A stretch of DNA of 64,000 bases, from contig JBDRLN010000061.1 of the NCBI GenBank assembly GCA_043812955.1, positions 7,231-71,230 of the forward strand, in the 5' to 3' direction. The position numbers and the translations under genes were made by a program. Shown here one piece after another: positions 1 to 11,367 of the stretch. Each line of letters starts with the position of its first letter. The stretch's first letter is position 1. The notes under the pieces were generated by a model. It was not told where the DNA came from and searched no databases. It saw nothing but the letters and a program-made list of their open reading frames with translations. Source of the stretch: Candidatus Omnitrophota bacterium. GTDB lineage: Bacteria; Omnitrophota; Gorgyraeia; Gygaellales; Profunditerraquicolaceae.

Positions 1-1630
<1,630 letters not shown>

Positions 1631-1693
1631 TCAATTTTCTCCCACATATATGTGGAAAATTGATTCCGAGTCCGCCAAAGGCGGACGAAGAAC
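1631..1693. repeat. Two tandem hairpins in groES-groEL spacer
   Basis: TCAATTTT..CCACATA/TATGTGG-AAAATTGA (1631-1663) and GTCCGCC-AAA-GGCGGAC (1670-1686). Confidence 0.6.
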
Positions 1694-1702
1694 CTTTGCT
1701 TA

Positions 1703-1993
1703 TTATTTGATAATTGCTAAAATGTCTTCTTCGCGCATAATTAATAATTCTTCGCCTTCTTTGGTAGTGATCTCACTACCTGAATATTTACCATACAAAA
1801 CTTTATCTCCAACTTTTACTTCCAATACCTGCACCGCCCCGCTGTCTAATACCTTACCCTTGCCTACAGCTACTACTTCACCCTGCTGGGGTTTTTCTTT
1901 AGCTGTATCAGGTATAACTATCCCGCCCTTGGTTTTGGTTTCAGCTTCCAAAGGCTTTACTACTATCCTGTCACCTAATGGTTGCATCTTCAT
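1703..1993 (-). CDS. groS: Co-chaperonin GroES
   Basis: PLGDRIVV...[14 protein letters not shown]; ATG at 1993 fits the AGGAGG spacing better than GTG at 1999. Confidence 0.97.
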   Translation of the reverse strand: MKMQPLGDRIVVKPLEAETKTKGGIVIPDTAKEKPQQGEVVAVGKGKVLDSGAVQVLEVKVGDKVLYGKYSGSEITTKEGEELLIMREEDILAIIK

Positions 1994-2024
1994 TCTCACA
2001 CCTCCTATTGAGTATTAGGTTTAA

Positions 2025-2051
2025 TTGGCACTCTTTACCGTAGAGTGCTAA
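2025..2051 (-). promoter_or_regulatory. CIRCE element (HrcA operator)
   Basis: Minus strand TTAGCACTC-N9-GAGTGCCAA, one mismatch to consensus, upstream of groES. Confidence 0.93.
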
Positions 2052-2078
2052 TTATAAATAAATAATAAATTTTGTCAA
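2051..2078 (-). promoter_or_regulatory. Sigma70-type promoter of groESL
   Basis: TTGACA (2078-2073), 16 nt spacer, TATAAT (2056-2051). Confidence 0.85.
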
Positions 2079-2102
2079 GTACTTTTTTAAATCGCCAGGA
2101 AT

Positions 2103-2159
2103 AGGGTTAGAATTATTTTTTCTATTTTCTACTCTGGTAAAAAATAATTCTGACCCCAT
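2103..2159. repeat. GGGGTCAGAATTATTTT inverted-repeat element, copy 1
   Basis: GGGTTAGAATTATTTTT...AAAAATAATTCTGACCCC just after lpdA stop. Confidence 0.85.
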
Positions 2160-2160
2160 T

Positions 2161-3456
2161 TTAATCGACAATAGTTTCGGGTATTAATTCCGCTAACGTG
2201 GGATGAGGAAAGATCTTTCCCCGTAGCTGGTTAAGGGTCAGTCCGCTATCTATTGCCATCACCAGGATACTAATCAATTCAGTTGCCCGCGGCCCGATGA
2301 TTGACCCGCCTAAAATCCTATTAGACATTTTATCTGATATTAACTTAACAAAACCATCTGTTTCGGCCATTATCCTGGCCATACCTGAACTTAAAAAATC
2401 ACGCTTATAAACTTGTACATCAAATCCTGCTTTCTGCGCCTGATCCTCGCTTAATCCAACGCTGCCTATTTCCGGGTCAGTAAAAACGCAACTTGGGATA
2501 TTATTACTGTCAGCTTTTTTTAAATCCTGGGTAGAGGCAAGATTAACAGCTATACATTTTCCTTGATATGCGGCATAATGGGCCAGCATTACCCCCGCGA
2601 TGCAGTCTCCGGCAGCGTATATATTAGGTATATTGGTTTTCAGGTATTGATCTACTACGATCCTCCCCTTTTCCACAGCGACCCCCGCCTTTTCCAGGCC
2701 TAAGCCTTCGACCCGGGGAATTCTACCCACGCACACCAGGGCCAGATCGTACTTTTGAATATCTGCCATAGAAGCATTAACCGAGGTCTTTATATCCACT
2801 CCCTTCTTCTCAAGACAATTCTTAATTTTATTGGAAACATCTAAATCATATCCGGGAAGGATCTGAGACGTCAATTCCAACATTGCCACCCTTACCCCTA
2901 AGCCGGAAAATAAACTCGCGAACTCGCACCCAATAACGCCTGCGCCAATAATTAAAATTGATCTGGGTAATTCCTTTAAATTTAAAACCTCATTGCTGGA
3001 AACTATTTTTTTATTATCGAATTTTAAACCGCTTAATTCCTGCGGCTCTGAGCCTGAGGCAATAAGAATACGCTTGGCCTGGATCTTATCGCCATTGACC
3101 TTTAGGGTATCCGCAGAAATAAATTCAGCTGAGGCATTAATGATATTTATCCCCTTAAGCATAAATTCCAGTCCCTGGCGCAACTGTTGGATTATTTTTT
3201 CTTTACGGGATTGGATATCGGCAAAGTTAATAGATAAGGTCCCATTATTTTCAATGCCAAAGGTGCGGGATTTCTGAAGCAGGACATATGTTTTCGCGGA
3301 CTGAATCAGTGATTTTGTGGGTATGCAGCCTTGGTTAAGACAAGTGCCTCCGAGCACAGATTTCTCGATGATAACCGGTTCTAAACCAAGTTCCCTGGCT
3401 TTTAACGCGGCATTGAGCCCGGCCCAACCAGAGCCGATTATAGCTAAATCATACAT
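2161..3456 (-). CDS. lpdA: Dihydrolipoamide dehydrogenase
   Basis: GSGxAG FAD motif, GGTCLNQGCIP redox disulfide, HPTLAE. Confidence 0.9.
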   Translation of the reverse strand: MYDLAIIGSGWAGLNAALKARELGLEPVIIEKSVLGGTCLNQGCIPTKSLIQSAKTYVLLQKSRTFGIENNGTLSINFADIQSRKEKIIQQLRQGLEFMLKGINIINASAEFISADTLKVNGDKIQAKRILIASGSEPQELSGLKFDNKKIVSSNEVLNLKELPRSILIIGAGVIGCEFASLFSGLGVRVAMLELTSQILPGYDLDVSNKIKNCLEKKGVDIKTSVNASMADIQKYDLALVCVGRIPRVEGLGLEKAGVAVEKGRIVVDQYLKTNIPNIYAAGDCIAGVMLAHYAAYQGKCIAVNLASTQDLKKADSNNIPSCVFTDPEIGSVGLSEDQAQKAGFDVQVYKRDFLSSGMARIMAETDGFVKLISDKMSNRILGGSIIGPRATELISILVMAIDSGLTLNQLRGKIFPHPTLAELIPETIVD

Positions 3457-3457
3457 A

Positions 3458-4381
3458 TTACTGAATATTTACTTGAGCTATCAGCTGACGGATAGATTCT
3501 GCGGATTCCTGAAATTTGTTTTTTTCTTCCGGGCTTAAACTTAATACCACTATATCTTCTATGCCTTTTTTACCGATAACACAAGGGACTCCGATAGTAA
3601 TATCTTTGCAGCCATATTCTCCGTTTAGATAGGCGCAAACACCTCGGGTGCGTTTTTCATTTGCAATAATCCCCTCTATCAGTTCGACAATTGCCGCTGA
3701 AGGGGCAAAAAAAGCGCTTCCGCTTCCCAATAAAGATATGATCTCTAAACCCCTGCTTTTTGTTTTATTTACCAGATCTTCCATGGTTTTTTCGTCGACA
3801 ATCTCGGAAATCGGTTTTCCCTTAATATAGCTAAACCTGGGCAATGGTATCATCGCTTCGCCATGGCTGCCAATAACCATACTTTCGACATCTTTGGCCG
3901 GAACCTTTAATTCTTTACTGATTATATTATTAAACCTGGCAGCGTCAAGACTTGAACCCATGCCCAAGACTTTGCTGGGATTAAAACCAGTGGTTTTTAA
4001 TGCCAGGTAGGTCATCACATCTAAAGGATTAGTAACTACAATTAAAATCGCTTTAGGAGAGAGTGTTTTTATATTAATGCATACTTCTTTGATTATTTGG
4101 GCATTTTTACTGATTAAATCTTCGCGGGTCATTCCTGGCTTACGGGTGAGGCCGGCTGTTATCACCACTATATCCGAATCCCGGATCTGATTAATATCCT
4201 CGCTCCCGGCTATTTTGTAATCGGATTTGCTCAACGATTTGGAGTCTTCTAAGTCATACGCCTTGCCGCAGGCCAGACCCTTGGCAACATCAACTAGGAG
4301 AACTTCTCCTAAGCCTTTTTGGACGATGCGCAGGGCCGTAAGGCTTCCTACATTACCAGCGCCTATTATTGATATCTTCAT
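3458..4381 (-). CDS. mdh: Malate dehydrogenase (LDH-like)
   Basis: GAGNVG, TAGLTRKPGMTREDL, LDAARF, GSHG. Confidence 0.92.
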   Translation of the reverse strand: MKISIIGAGNVGSLTALRIVQKGLGEVLLVDVAKGLACGKAYDLEDSKSLSKSDYKIAGSEDINQIRDSDIVVITAGLTRKPGMTREDLISKNAQIIKEVCINIKTLSPKAILIVVTNPLDVMTYLALKTTGFNPSKVLGMGSSLDAARFNNIISKELKVPAKDVESMVIGSHGEAMIPLPRFSYIKGKPISEIVDEKTMEDLVNKTKSRGLEIISLLGSGSAFFAPSAAIVELIEGIIANEKRTRGVCAYLNGEYGCKDITIGVPCVIGKKGIEDIVVLSLSPEEKNKFQESAESIRQLIAQVNIQ

Positions 4382-4406
4382 AATTCTCTACCTATACCTG
4401 TAAGAT

Positions 4407-4465
4407 ATGGGGTCAGAATTATTTTTTACTTACATTTAGAATAAAAAAAATAATTCTGACCCCAT
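4407..4465. repeat. GGGGTCAGAATTATTTT inverted-repeat element, copy 2
   Basis: ATGGGGTCAGAATTATTTTTT...AAAAAATAATTCTGACCCCAT with perfect arms. Confidence 0.9.
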
Positions 4466-4470
4466 TATTT

Positions 4471-5553
4471 TTATTTAAGTTTCTTGATGATGGCGTCAGC
4501 CATTTCTTTTGTTCCTACTGCAGCAGGGTCTTTCGGAGATGGCCTTAAATCATAGGTTACGGATTTACCTTCAAACAATACTTCCTTAACCGCTGTTTCC
4601 AATCTATCTGCTGCCTTATCTTCTTTGATGTATCTTAACATTAAAACTCCGGAAAGAATCATAGCGGTAGGATTAACCTTATTCAAACCTTTATATTTAG
4701 GCGCTGAACCGTGGACCGGCTCAAACACTGCTATTTCCTGGCCGATATTCGCTCCCGGGGCAACCCCTAAACCTCCAACTAACCCAGCGCAAAGATCAGA
4801 TAGAATATCACCGTAAAGATTAGGCAAAACCAACAGATCGAAATTTAAAGGTTTTTGAACCAACTGCATAGCCATATTATCGACCAGCGCTTCCTCAAAG
4901 GCTATCCTGCCCTGATAGGAAACAGCTACTTCCCGAACAGTCTTTAAGAATAGTCCGTCGGTAAATTTCATTATATTGGCCTTAGTTACACAGGTTACTT
5001 TTTTACGCTTATTCTTCAGGGCATATTCAAAAGCAAACCTGGCTATTCTGTCGCTGGCAAACCTGGATATCGGTTTAATCGAGATTCCGGAATCAGGACT
5101 GATCTTTTTCTGGGAATAATCTTCTATCTGTTTGATGATTTTACGGGTATAGGGCTCGCCTTCCTCAAATTCAATCCCCGCGTAAAGGTCTTCGCTATTC
5201 TCCCTGATTATTACCAGGTCAACATCCTTATAGAATGACTTAACCCCGGGATAGTATTTCGCCGGACGCACACAAGCATATAAATCTAGCACCTGGCGCA
5301 AGGCCACATTTACCGAACGAAAACCGCCGGCGATAGGAGTAGTAATCGGCCCCTTAATGCAAATTTTATTCTTCTTTATTGACGCGATTGTTTCTTCAGG
5401 TAAAAGACAACCATGCTTTTCTTGTGCAACTTCTCCGGCATATCTTACTTCCCATTCGATTTTTACGCCCGTAGCCTCAATACAGCGCCGGGAGGCCTCG
5501 GTTATTTCCGGACCTGTTCCATCACCAGGTATTATTGTTATTTTATATGCCAT
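4471..5553 (-). CDS. icd: Isocitrate dehydrogenase (isocitrate/isopropylmalate DH family)
   Basis: [33 protein letters not shown] (IDH-type). Confidence 0.8.
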   Translation of the reverse strand: MAYKITIIPGDGTGPEITEASRRCIEATGVKIEWEVRYAGEVAQEKHGCLLPEETIASIKKNKICIKGPITTPIAGGFRSVNVALRQVLDLYACVRPAKYYPGVKSFYKDVDLVIIRENSEDLYAGIEFEEGEPYTRKIIKQIEDYSQKKISPDSGISIKPISRFASDRIARFAFEYALKNKRKKVTCVTKANIMKFTDGLFLKTVREVAVSYQGRIAFEEALVDNMAMQLVQKPLNFDLLVLPNLYGDILSDLCAGLVGGLGVAPGANIGQEIAVFEPVHGSAPKYKGLNKVNPTAMILSGVLMLRYIKEDKAADRLETAVKEVLFEGKSVTYDLRPSPKDPAAVGTKEMADAIIKKLK

Positions 5554-5566
5554 CTTTAACCTGCTC

Positions 5567-5597
5567 CACCCCGTAGGTGTATTACACCTACGGGGTG
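5567..5597. repeat. 31-bp REP-like palindrome, copy 1
   Basis: CACCCCGTAGGTGTA-T-TACACCTACGGGGTG. Confidence 0.9.
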
Positions 5598-5619
5598 TAA
5601 ATTAGACTTCTAAATATAC

Positions 5620-6123
5620 TTATACTTTAGGCAGATTTCCATGCCTCTTGATGTATTTCACAATGCCGCCTTCTTTTAATAATTCTTGCATAAATCCCGG
5701 CAACGGTTTAATCTCCAGATAGATATTTTTGGTAGTATTCCAGACTTTTCCGGCATCCAGGTCTAATTCAATAATATCCCCTGGGCTTATCTTGTCGGTA
5801 TCAGTCTCCACTAAAAGCAGGCCTATGTTAAAACTGTTCCGGAAGAATATCCGGGCAAATGATTTTGCCAATATCGCGATAATTCCCGACTCTTTTATAA
5901 CTAAAGGCGCCTGCTCGCGACTTGAACCCATTCCGAAATTATTTCCCGCTACCAGTATAGACTGGCCGGGAATTATCTTTTTTGGAAAATCCGGGTCAAT
6001 ATCCTCCATTATATGTTTGGCTAATTCTTTTAGGTCGGTAATAGAGAATTTATACCTTCCCGAGATAATAACATCAGTATTAATATTGTCGCCTATTTTA
6101 ATTGTCTTGCCTTTGATAATCAT
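5620..6123 (-). CDS. leuD: Aconitase-family hydratase small subunit (LeuD/HacB type)
   Basis: DNINTDVI, NFGMGSSREQA, SFARIF. Confidence 0.8.
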   Translation of the reverse strand: MIIKGKTIKIGDNINTDVIISGRYKFSITDLKELAKHIMEDIDPDFPKKIIPGQSILVAGNNFGMGSSREQAPLVIKESGIIAILAKSFARIFFRNSFNIGLLLVETDTDKISPGDIIELDLDAGKVWNTTKNIYLEIKPLPGFMQELLKEGGIVKYIKRHGNLPKV

Positions 6124-6129
6124 AACTTT

Positions 6130-6189
6130 ATTGGGGTCAGAATTATTTCTTCTTTATTATACTTAGAAAAAAATAATTCTGACCCCAAT
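6130..6189. repeat. GGGGTCAGAATTATTT inverted-repeat element, copy 3
   Basis: ATTGGGGTCAGAATTATTT...AAATAATTCTGACCCCAAT. Confidence 0.9.
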
Positions 6190-6193
6190 TCCC

Positions 6194-7240
6194 TTATAGT
6201 TGCCTAAACTCTTCAATATTCTTGGCCTTGGACATAGCCATTTCCAAAGTAATAATTCCGCTCTGGTACATCTCTTTTAAACATTTATCCATTGTCCTCA
6301 TCCCGTATTGGCTCCCAGTCTGCATCAAAGTAGGGATTTGCTCGATCTTTTGCTCACGGATAAGGTTTCTTATGCCTGAGGTGGCAATCATTATCTCAGT
6401 GGCTAAAACCCTCCCCCTTCCTGAGGCTTGCGGAAGTAGCAATTGAGAAATTACACCCTGCAAACAATCGGATAACTGTAATTTAACCTGAGCCTGCTGG
6501 TGCGGCGGAAATACATCTATTATCCTTTCTATAGTCTGCGGCGCGTCAGGCGTATGCAAAGTTGCTAAAACAAGATGTCCGGTCTCCGCGGCTGTAAGAG
6601 TAGTGGCGATAGTCTCAAGGTCGCGCATTTCTCCTACTACTATAACATTAGGATCCTGCCGCAACGCATGACGCAAGGAATCAGCAAAAGAGCGGGTATC
6701 AGCATAAATCTCTCTCTGTTTAATAACGGCCTTCTTATTCGAATGAATAAATTCAATCGGATCTTCAATACACATTATTAAGCATTCCCTCTCTTTATTA
6801 ATAAGATCGATCATTGCTGCTAAAGTAGTAGTCTTGCCTACTCCGGTAGGCCCGGTTACTAAAACCAGGCCATTAGGCTTACGGGCTAATTCAATAGCTA
6901 TAGGAGGCAAGCCTACATCTGCCATGATCGGAATTTTAATGGGGATTCGCCTAAAAGCAGCCTCTACTGAATTTTTCTGCATATGTACATTTACCCTGAA
7001 CCTGTCTAAACCCGGTAAGGCCAGAGAAAAATCCAGCTCCAGGTCCCGTTCAAATACTTCTTTCTGGACGTCACTTAAAACACTATAAATTACTTTCTTA
7101 AGGATCTCCTTGTTAAAAACCGGCAGGATTGTCCTTTGCAGTTTTCCGTCAATACGTAATATTGGCGGCTCATTATCGGTGAAATGCAAGTCAGAAGCTT
7201 GTTTTTCTATACATAATTCCAGCAAATCCCGTATTTCCAT
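6194..7240 (-). CDS. pilT: Type IV pilus retraction ATPase PilT family
   Basis: ASDLH, GPTGVGKTTT, EDPIE, LRQDP, AAETGHLVLATLH, GIRNLIRE. Confidence 0.9.
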   Translation of the reverse strand: MEIRDLLELCIEKQASDLHFTDNEPPILRIDGKLQRTILPVFNKEILKKVIYSVLSDVQKEVFERDLELDFSLALPGLDRFRVNVHMQKNSVEAAFRRIPIKIPIMADVGLPPIAIELARKPNGLVLVTGPTGVGKTTTLAAMIDLINKERECLIMCIEDPIEFIHSNKKAVIKQREIYADTRSFADSLRHALRQDPNVIVVGEMRDLETIATTLTAAETGHLVLATLHTPDAPQTIERIIDVFPPHQQAQVKLQLSDCLQGVISQLLLPQASGRGRVLATEIMIATSGIRNLIREQKIEQIPTLMQTGSQYGMRTMDKCLKEMYQSGIITLEMAMSKAKNIEEFRQL

Positions 7241-7252
7241 TTTTTATCCTCC

Positions 7253-8509
7253 CTATTTAAGATACTTTCGGGGATCAGCTATTCTGCCTTCAATAGCTGA
7301 CGAGGCAACAGTTGCCGGAGAAGCCAGGTAGATATAAGCGTTTGGGTTACCCATTCTTCCCTTAAAATTACGATTAGCGGTAGATATGACTACTTCTGCG
7401 TCTGCCGGCACGCCGTTATGAGTCCCTACACATGGCCCGCAACCCGGGGCAACTACTACTGCTCCGGATTTAACCAATATATCTATAATCCCGGTTTTTA
7501 AGGCTTCCAGGAATATACTCCTGGAAGCCGGAGCGACAATAAATTTAACCCTGGAAGAGACTTTTCGGGATTTTAATATTAAGGCGGCAATTTTTAAATC
7601 AGCCAGCCGGCCATTAGTGCAAGTTCCCAAGAATGCCTCATTTATCTGTATATTTTTTAATTTGTCTACATCCGCAGTTGTATCTACGTTGTGGGGTATA
7701 CAGACTTGGGGTTTAAGTTTAGAGATATCCAACTCTATTGTATGACAATATTCAGCGTCCCGATCAGGAGTAATTATACTGATCGTTTTTTTATTTTTCA
7801 AACGCGGCCTTAACCAGGCAATAGTTTTTTTATCCTGGGGCATAAAACCCGCCTTAGCCCCCATCTCAACCACCATATTACAGAATGTAAAACGGCCATC
7901 AATATCTAATTTAGCGATAACCGGGCCAGAGAATTCCACAGCCTTGTAAGTAGCCCCATTAGCCCCTATTTTGGCGATAATATGAAGAATGATATCCTTA
8001 GCAAAGATACCCCTGGGTATTTTACCTTTAACGATAATTTTTATGGTCTGGGGCACTTTAAACCAATTTTTTCCGGTTGCTAAAGCTACGGCCAAATCCG
8101 TAGACCCTACCCCGGTTGAAAAAACACCTAACGCTCCGTAAGTACAGGTATGCGAATCCGCTCCCAGAACTAAGTCGCCGGGCAATATATTACCGGATTC
8201 AGGTATTACCTGATGGCATACTCCGCAGCCTACATCATAAAGATCGGACTTAAAATCAACAGCAAAAGCGCGCATCTTCTTATGCACCCTGGATACGCCC
8301 GCGTTAGGAGAAGGGGCGCTATGATCAATAACCATACAAAACCTTACTTTTAATTTATTTATTCCCAGTTCTTTTACCCGGTCAATTATGATTGAAGTTG
8401 TGCCATCCTGGCCAAAGGTAAAATCAACTTTGCATACGGCAAAATCCCCCGCCTTTAAATCCCGGCCGGAATGCTTACTTAATATTTTTTCGGCAATGGT
8501 TTTTCCCAT
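7253..8509 (-). CDS. leuC: Aconitase-family hydratase large subunit (LeuC/HacA type)
   Basis: ADSHTCTYG, GTCTNGR, CGPCVG, STANRNF. Confidence 0.82.
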   Translation of the reverse strand: MGKTIAEKILSKHSGRDLKAGDFAVCKVDFTFGQDGTTSIIIDRVKELGINKLKVRFCMVIDHSAPSPNAGVSRVHKKMRAFAVDFKSDLYDVGCGVCHQVIPESGNILPGDLVLGADSHTCTYGALGVFSTGVGSTDLAVALATGKNWFKVPQTIKIIVKGKIPRGIFAKDIILHIIAKIGANGATYKAVEFSGPVIAKLDIDGRFTFCNMVVEMGAKAGFMPQDKKTIAWLRPRLKNKKTISIITPDRDAEYCHTIELDISKLKPQVCIPHNVDTTADVDKLKNIQINEAFLGTCTNGRLADLKIAALILKSRKVSSRVKFIVAPASRSIFLEALKTGIIDILVKSGAVVVAPGCGPCVGTHNGVPADAEVVISTANRNFKGRMGNPNAYIYLASPATVASSAIEGRIADPRKYLK

Positions 8510-9684
8510 TATAGACTATTCACCCACTTTTCAATCCGGTTCAGGCCTTCCTCAATCTCTTTGAGTGAGGCGGCAAAACTCAGACGGACATAATCGTTCC
8601 TGCCGAATGAATCACCGGGGATAACAGCTACCAGCATTTCATCCAATAAACGCGCCGAGAAAGTAACCGAATCCAATCCAGTCTTAGAAATATCGCAAAA
8701 GACATAAAACGCACCCGTTGGCTTACAATAACCTATCTTTTTAATTTTGTCCAGCCTGTTGGATAGGTAATCCCTTTTTTTAAGAAACTCTAATCTCATA
8801 GCCTCAGAGAATTCAGCATTCATATTTAAAGCCGCTATTGCCGCTTTTTGAGATATTGAAACAGGACAAGATGTTGAGTGGTCTTGAAATCTGGATACAG
8901 CTTCCACAATATCAGCCGGGCCAGCCAAGTATCCGATACGCCATCCGGTCATAGAATAGCTTTTGGATAATCCGTTAACAGTAATAGTATAATCGTAGAT
9001 ATCTTTTCCCAGCGAGGCTATGGATGTATGTTTTAAATTATCGAAGATGATTTTTTCGTATATCTCATCGCTAATTACAAATATTTTTCTCTCAACGCAG
9101 ATCCGGGCGATCTCTTTAAGCTCATCCTTGGTATATACGCAACCCGCAGGATTAGAAGGTGAGTTTAAAATTAAACATTTGGTTTTGGAACTGATGTGTT
9201 TTTCCAGGTCTTCTAATTTAATCTTAAAATTATTAACCGGGCTGGTATTGATAAACCGCGGGATGCCTCCACAGAGATTAACCATCTGCGGATAGCTGAC
9301 CCAATAAGGGGAAGGGATCAAAACCTCATCCCCGCGGTCAATCATAACAAATAGGCTGTTAAAAATGCTGTGTTTTGCCCCACAGGAGACAACCACCTGA
9401 TTAGGAAAATACTCTAATAAATTATCTTTTTTGAATTTTTCGCAGATTAATTTCTTTAATTCCGGGATTCCGGTGGTAGGCGTATATTTAGTAAAGCCCG
9501 AACGGATAGCCAAAATAGCTTCTTCTTTAATGGGCTCCGGAGTATCAAAATCCGGTTCGCCCGCGGCCAATGTAACTACATCCCTACCTTCACCCTTGAG
9601 CTTTTTGGCTTTAGAGGTGATGGCCAGGGTAGAAGAAGGTTTTACTTTTGATAAGCGTTCAGATAACCGGCTGTCAATACGCAT
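8509..9684 (-). CDS. aspC: PLP-dependent aminotransferase class I (aspartate aminotransferase-like)
   Basis: GEPDF, NSPSNP, SDEIY, SKSYSMTGWRIG. Confidence 0.85.
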   Translation of the reverse strand: MRIDSRLSERLSKVKPSSTLAITSKAKKLKGEGRDVVTLAAGEPDFDTPEPIKEEAILAIRSGFTKYTPTTGIPELKKLICEKFKKDNLLEYFPNQVVVSCGAKHSIFNSLFVMIDRGDEVLIPSPYWVSYPQMVNLCGGIPRFINTSPVNNFKIKLEDLEKHISSKTKCLILNSPSNPAGCVYTKDELKEIARICVERKIFVISDEIYEKIIFDNLKHTSIASLGKDIYDYTITVNGLSKSYSMTGWRIGYLAGPADIVEAVSRFQDHSTSCPVSISQKAAIAALNMNAEFSEAMRLEFLKKRDYLSNRLDKIKKIGYCKPTGAFYVFCDISKTGLDSVTFSARLLDEMLVAVIPGDSFGRNDYVRLSFAASLKEIEEGLNRIEKWVNSL

Positions 9685-9689
9685 CGGTA

Positions 9690-10274
9690 TTAAAGAGAGT
9701 CGCTCTTTTTCTTAAAAATATTCTTAATACCGCTGAAGAATTTCTTGGCAGGTTTTTTGGTAACAGGAGGCCTCTCCTTAACCGCCGTTTCAGCCTTGGA
9801 TTTTTCATCAACCAACTTTTCCGGCATAGATTCGGTCTTTTCCGTAATTTCGCCAGATATTGACGTCTTCGGTTTGGCTTCTTTCACTTTATTCTTCTTG
9901 ACTTTTTTGGCCTTTTCTTTTACCTCAGTCAATTCTAAAATAGCCATCTGGGCGTCATCGCCCCGCCTTTTTCCCAGTAAAAGCAGGCGGGTATACCCGC
10001 CCTGCCTCTGATTAAAACGCGGCGCTATATCATTAAAAAGGATACTGACTAATTTATGGTCGCCTAATAATTTAAAGGCCTGCCTTTTTTTAGCCAGGGT
10101 ATTCTTTTTACCCATGGTTATAAGTTTATCTATTTGAGATCTGGCTGCTTTAGCCCTGGCTAAAGTAGTCGAGATCCGCTGATAGATAAACAGGCTCCTG
10201 ACCAGGCTTAAGATAGTTGCCTTACGCCAGCTGGTAAACCGGTTTAGCTGATTTTTTGCTTTATTATGTCTCAT
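9690..10274 (-). CDS. rplQ: 50S ribosomal protein L17 with C-terminal extension
   Basis: MRH..., GGYTR, RRGD; follows rpoA. Confidence 0.95.
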   Translation of the reverse strand: MRHNKAKNQLNRFTSWRKATILSLVRSLFIYQRISTTLARAKAARSQIDKLITMGKKNTLAKKRQAFKLLGDHKLVSILFNDIAPRFNQRQGGYTRLLLLGKRRGDDAQMAILELTEVKEKAKKVKKNKVKEAKPKTSISGEITEKTESMPEKLVDEKSKAETAVKERPPVTKKPAKKFFSGIKNIFKKKSDSL

Positions 10275-10295
10275 TGTTGCATCCTTATCTTGGTA

Positions 10296-11285
10296 TTAGC
10301 TTGTCTTGAGTTTCTTGGAGTCTATCTGCATCCCCAAGTTTAAATTCATCCCGGTCAAAAGCTCTTTGATTTCGGTTAAAGACTTCTTGCCGAAATTCTT
10401 AAAACCCAGCATCTCATCTTCAGCCCTTTTTACCAGGTCCGCTATAGTCTTAATATTCGCCTCTCTTAAGCAATTAGAACTCCTTACTGATAATTCTAGT
10501 TCGGAAATCGGCAACCTGAGTTTTTCATAAAGGGCGATTTCTTCTTTAGTCATCTCCGGTTCATCCTCTTCTTCATCAGGTAACTGCCCGAAGTTAACAA
10601 AAATATCCAGGTGCCTCTGCAGTATATTGGAACCATATAAAAGCGCGTCCTTTGGGTTTACTGCGCCATTGGTCCAGATTTCAAGGATTAGTTTATCATA
10701 ATCTGTTTTCTGGCCTACACGGGTATTTTCAACGCAGAAATTCACTTTTTTCACGGGTGAGAATATGGAATCAATAGGGATAGTCCCGATAACCTGGTCA
10801 TCCCTTTTATTCGCTTCCTGAGGCACATAGCCCCTTCCCTTAGCAACCTCAATCTCCATATTGAATTTAATATCTTCGGTAATAGTAGCGATATGCAGGT
10901 CCGGATTGATTACTTCTACACTCTCGTCAGTCTGAATATCCTTAGCCTTAACTTCGCCCTTGGTATTCTTCTTTATATAAAGCGTCTTCGGTACTTTGGA
11001 ATGCGACTTTAAGATCAGTCCCTTAAGATTTAAGATTATCTCCGGGACATCTTCCATTACTCCGGGAATGACGGAAAATTCATGCTGTACTCCGGATAAC
11101 TTTACTGATGTCACGGCGCTACCCTCAACGGAAGTCAAAAGCAATCTTCTCAAGGCATTGCCTAAAGTAACGCCATAGCCCCTTTCAAAAGGAGCGGCAA
11201 AAAACTTTCCATATTTTCCGTTATAGCTTGACTCTTCGCACTCCAATTTCTTTGGTAGCTGAAAATCTCTCCACTTTATACCCAT
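10296..11285 (-). CDS. rpoA: RNA polymerase alpha subunit
   Basis: ERGYGVTLGNALRR; LSVRSSNCL in CTD. Confidence 0.98.
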   Translation of the reverse strand: MGIKWRDFQLPKKLECEESSYNGKYGKFFAAPFERGYGVTLGNALRRLLLTSVEGSAVTSVKLSGVQHEFSVIPGVMEDVPEIILNLKGLILKSHSKVPKTLYIKKNTKGEVKAKDIQTDESVEVINPDLHIATITEDIKFNMEIEVAKGRGYVPQEANKRDDQVIGTIPIDSIFSPVKKVNFCVENTRVGQKTDYDKLILEIWTNGAVNPKDALLYGSNILQRHLDIFVNFGQLPDEEEDEPEMTKEEIALYEKLRLPISELELSVRSSNCLREANIKTIADLVKRAEDEMLGFKNFGKKSLTEIKELLTGMNLNLGMQIDSKKLKTS

Positions 11286-11367
11286 TTTCTTAGCTCCTTT
11301 ATTTTGAATAGGCTCTCACTAAAACCGTTCCAGCCTAATGATTACATATCAATTTTTTGTATTACTT

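Noticed and set aside
2103-6189. Recurring repeats as a CRISPR array
   Set aside because: Copies are dispersed and separated by whole genes; there is no repeat-spacer periodicity and no cas gene.
11286-11367. rpsD-rpoA spacer with TAGGCT..AGCCTA
   Set aside because: Only a 6-bp stem and no relative in the window, so it cannot be assigned to an element family.
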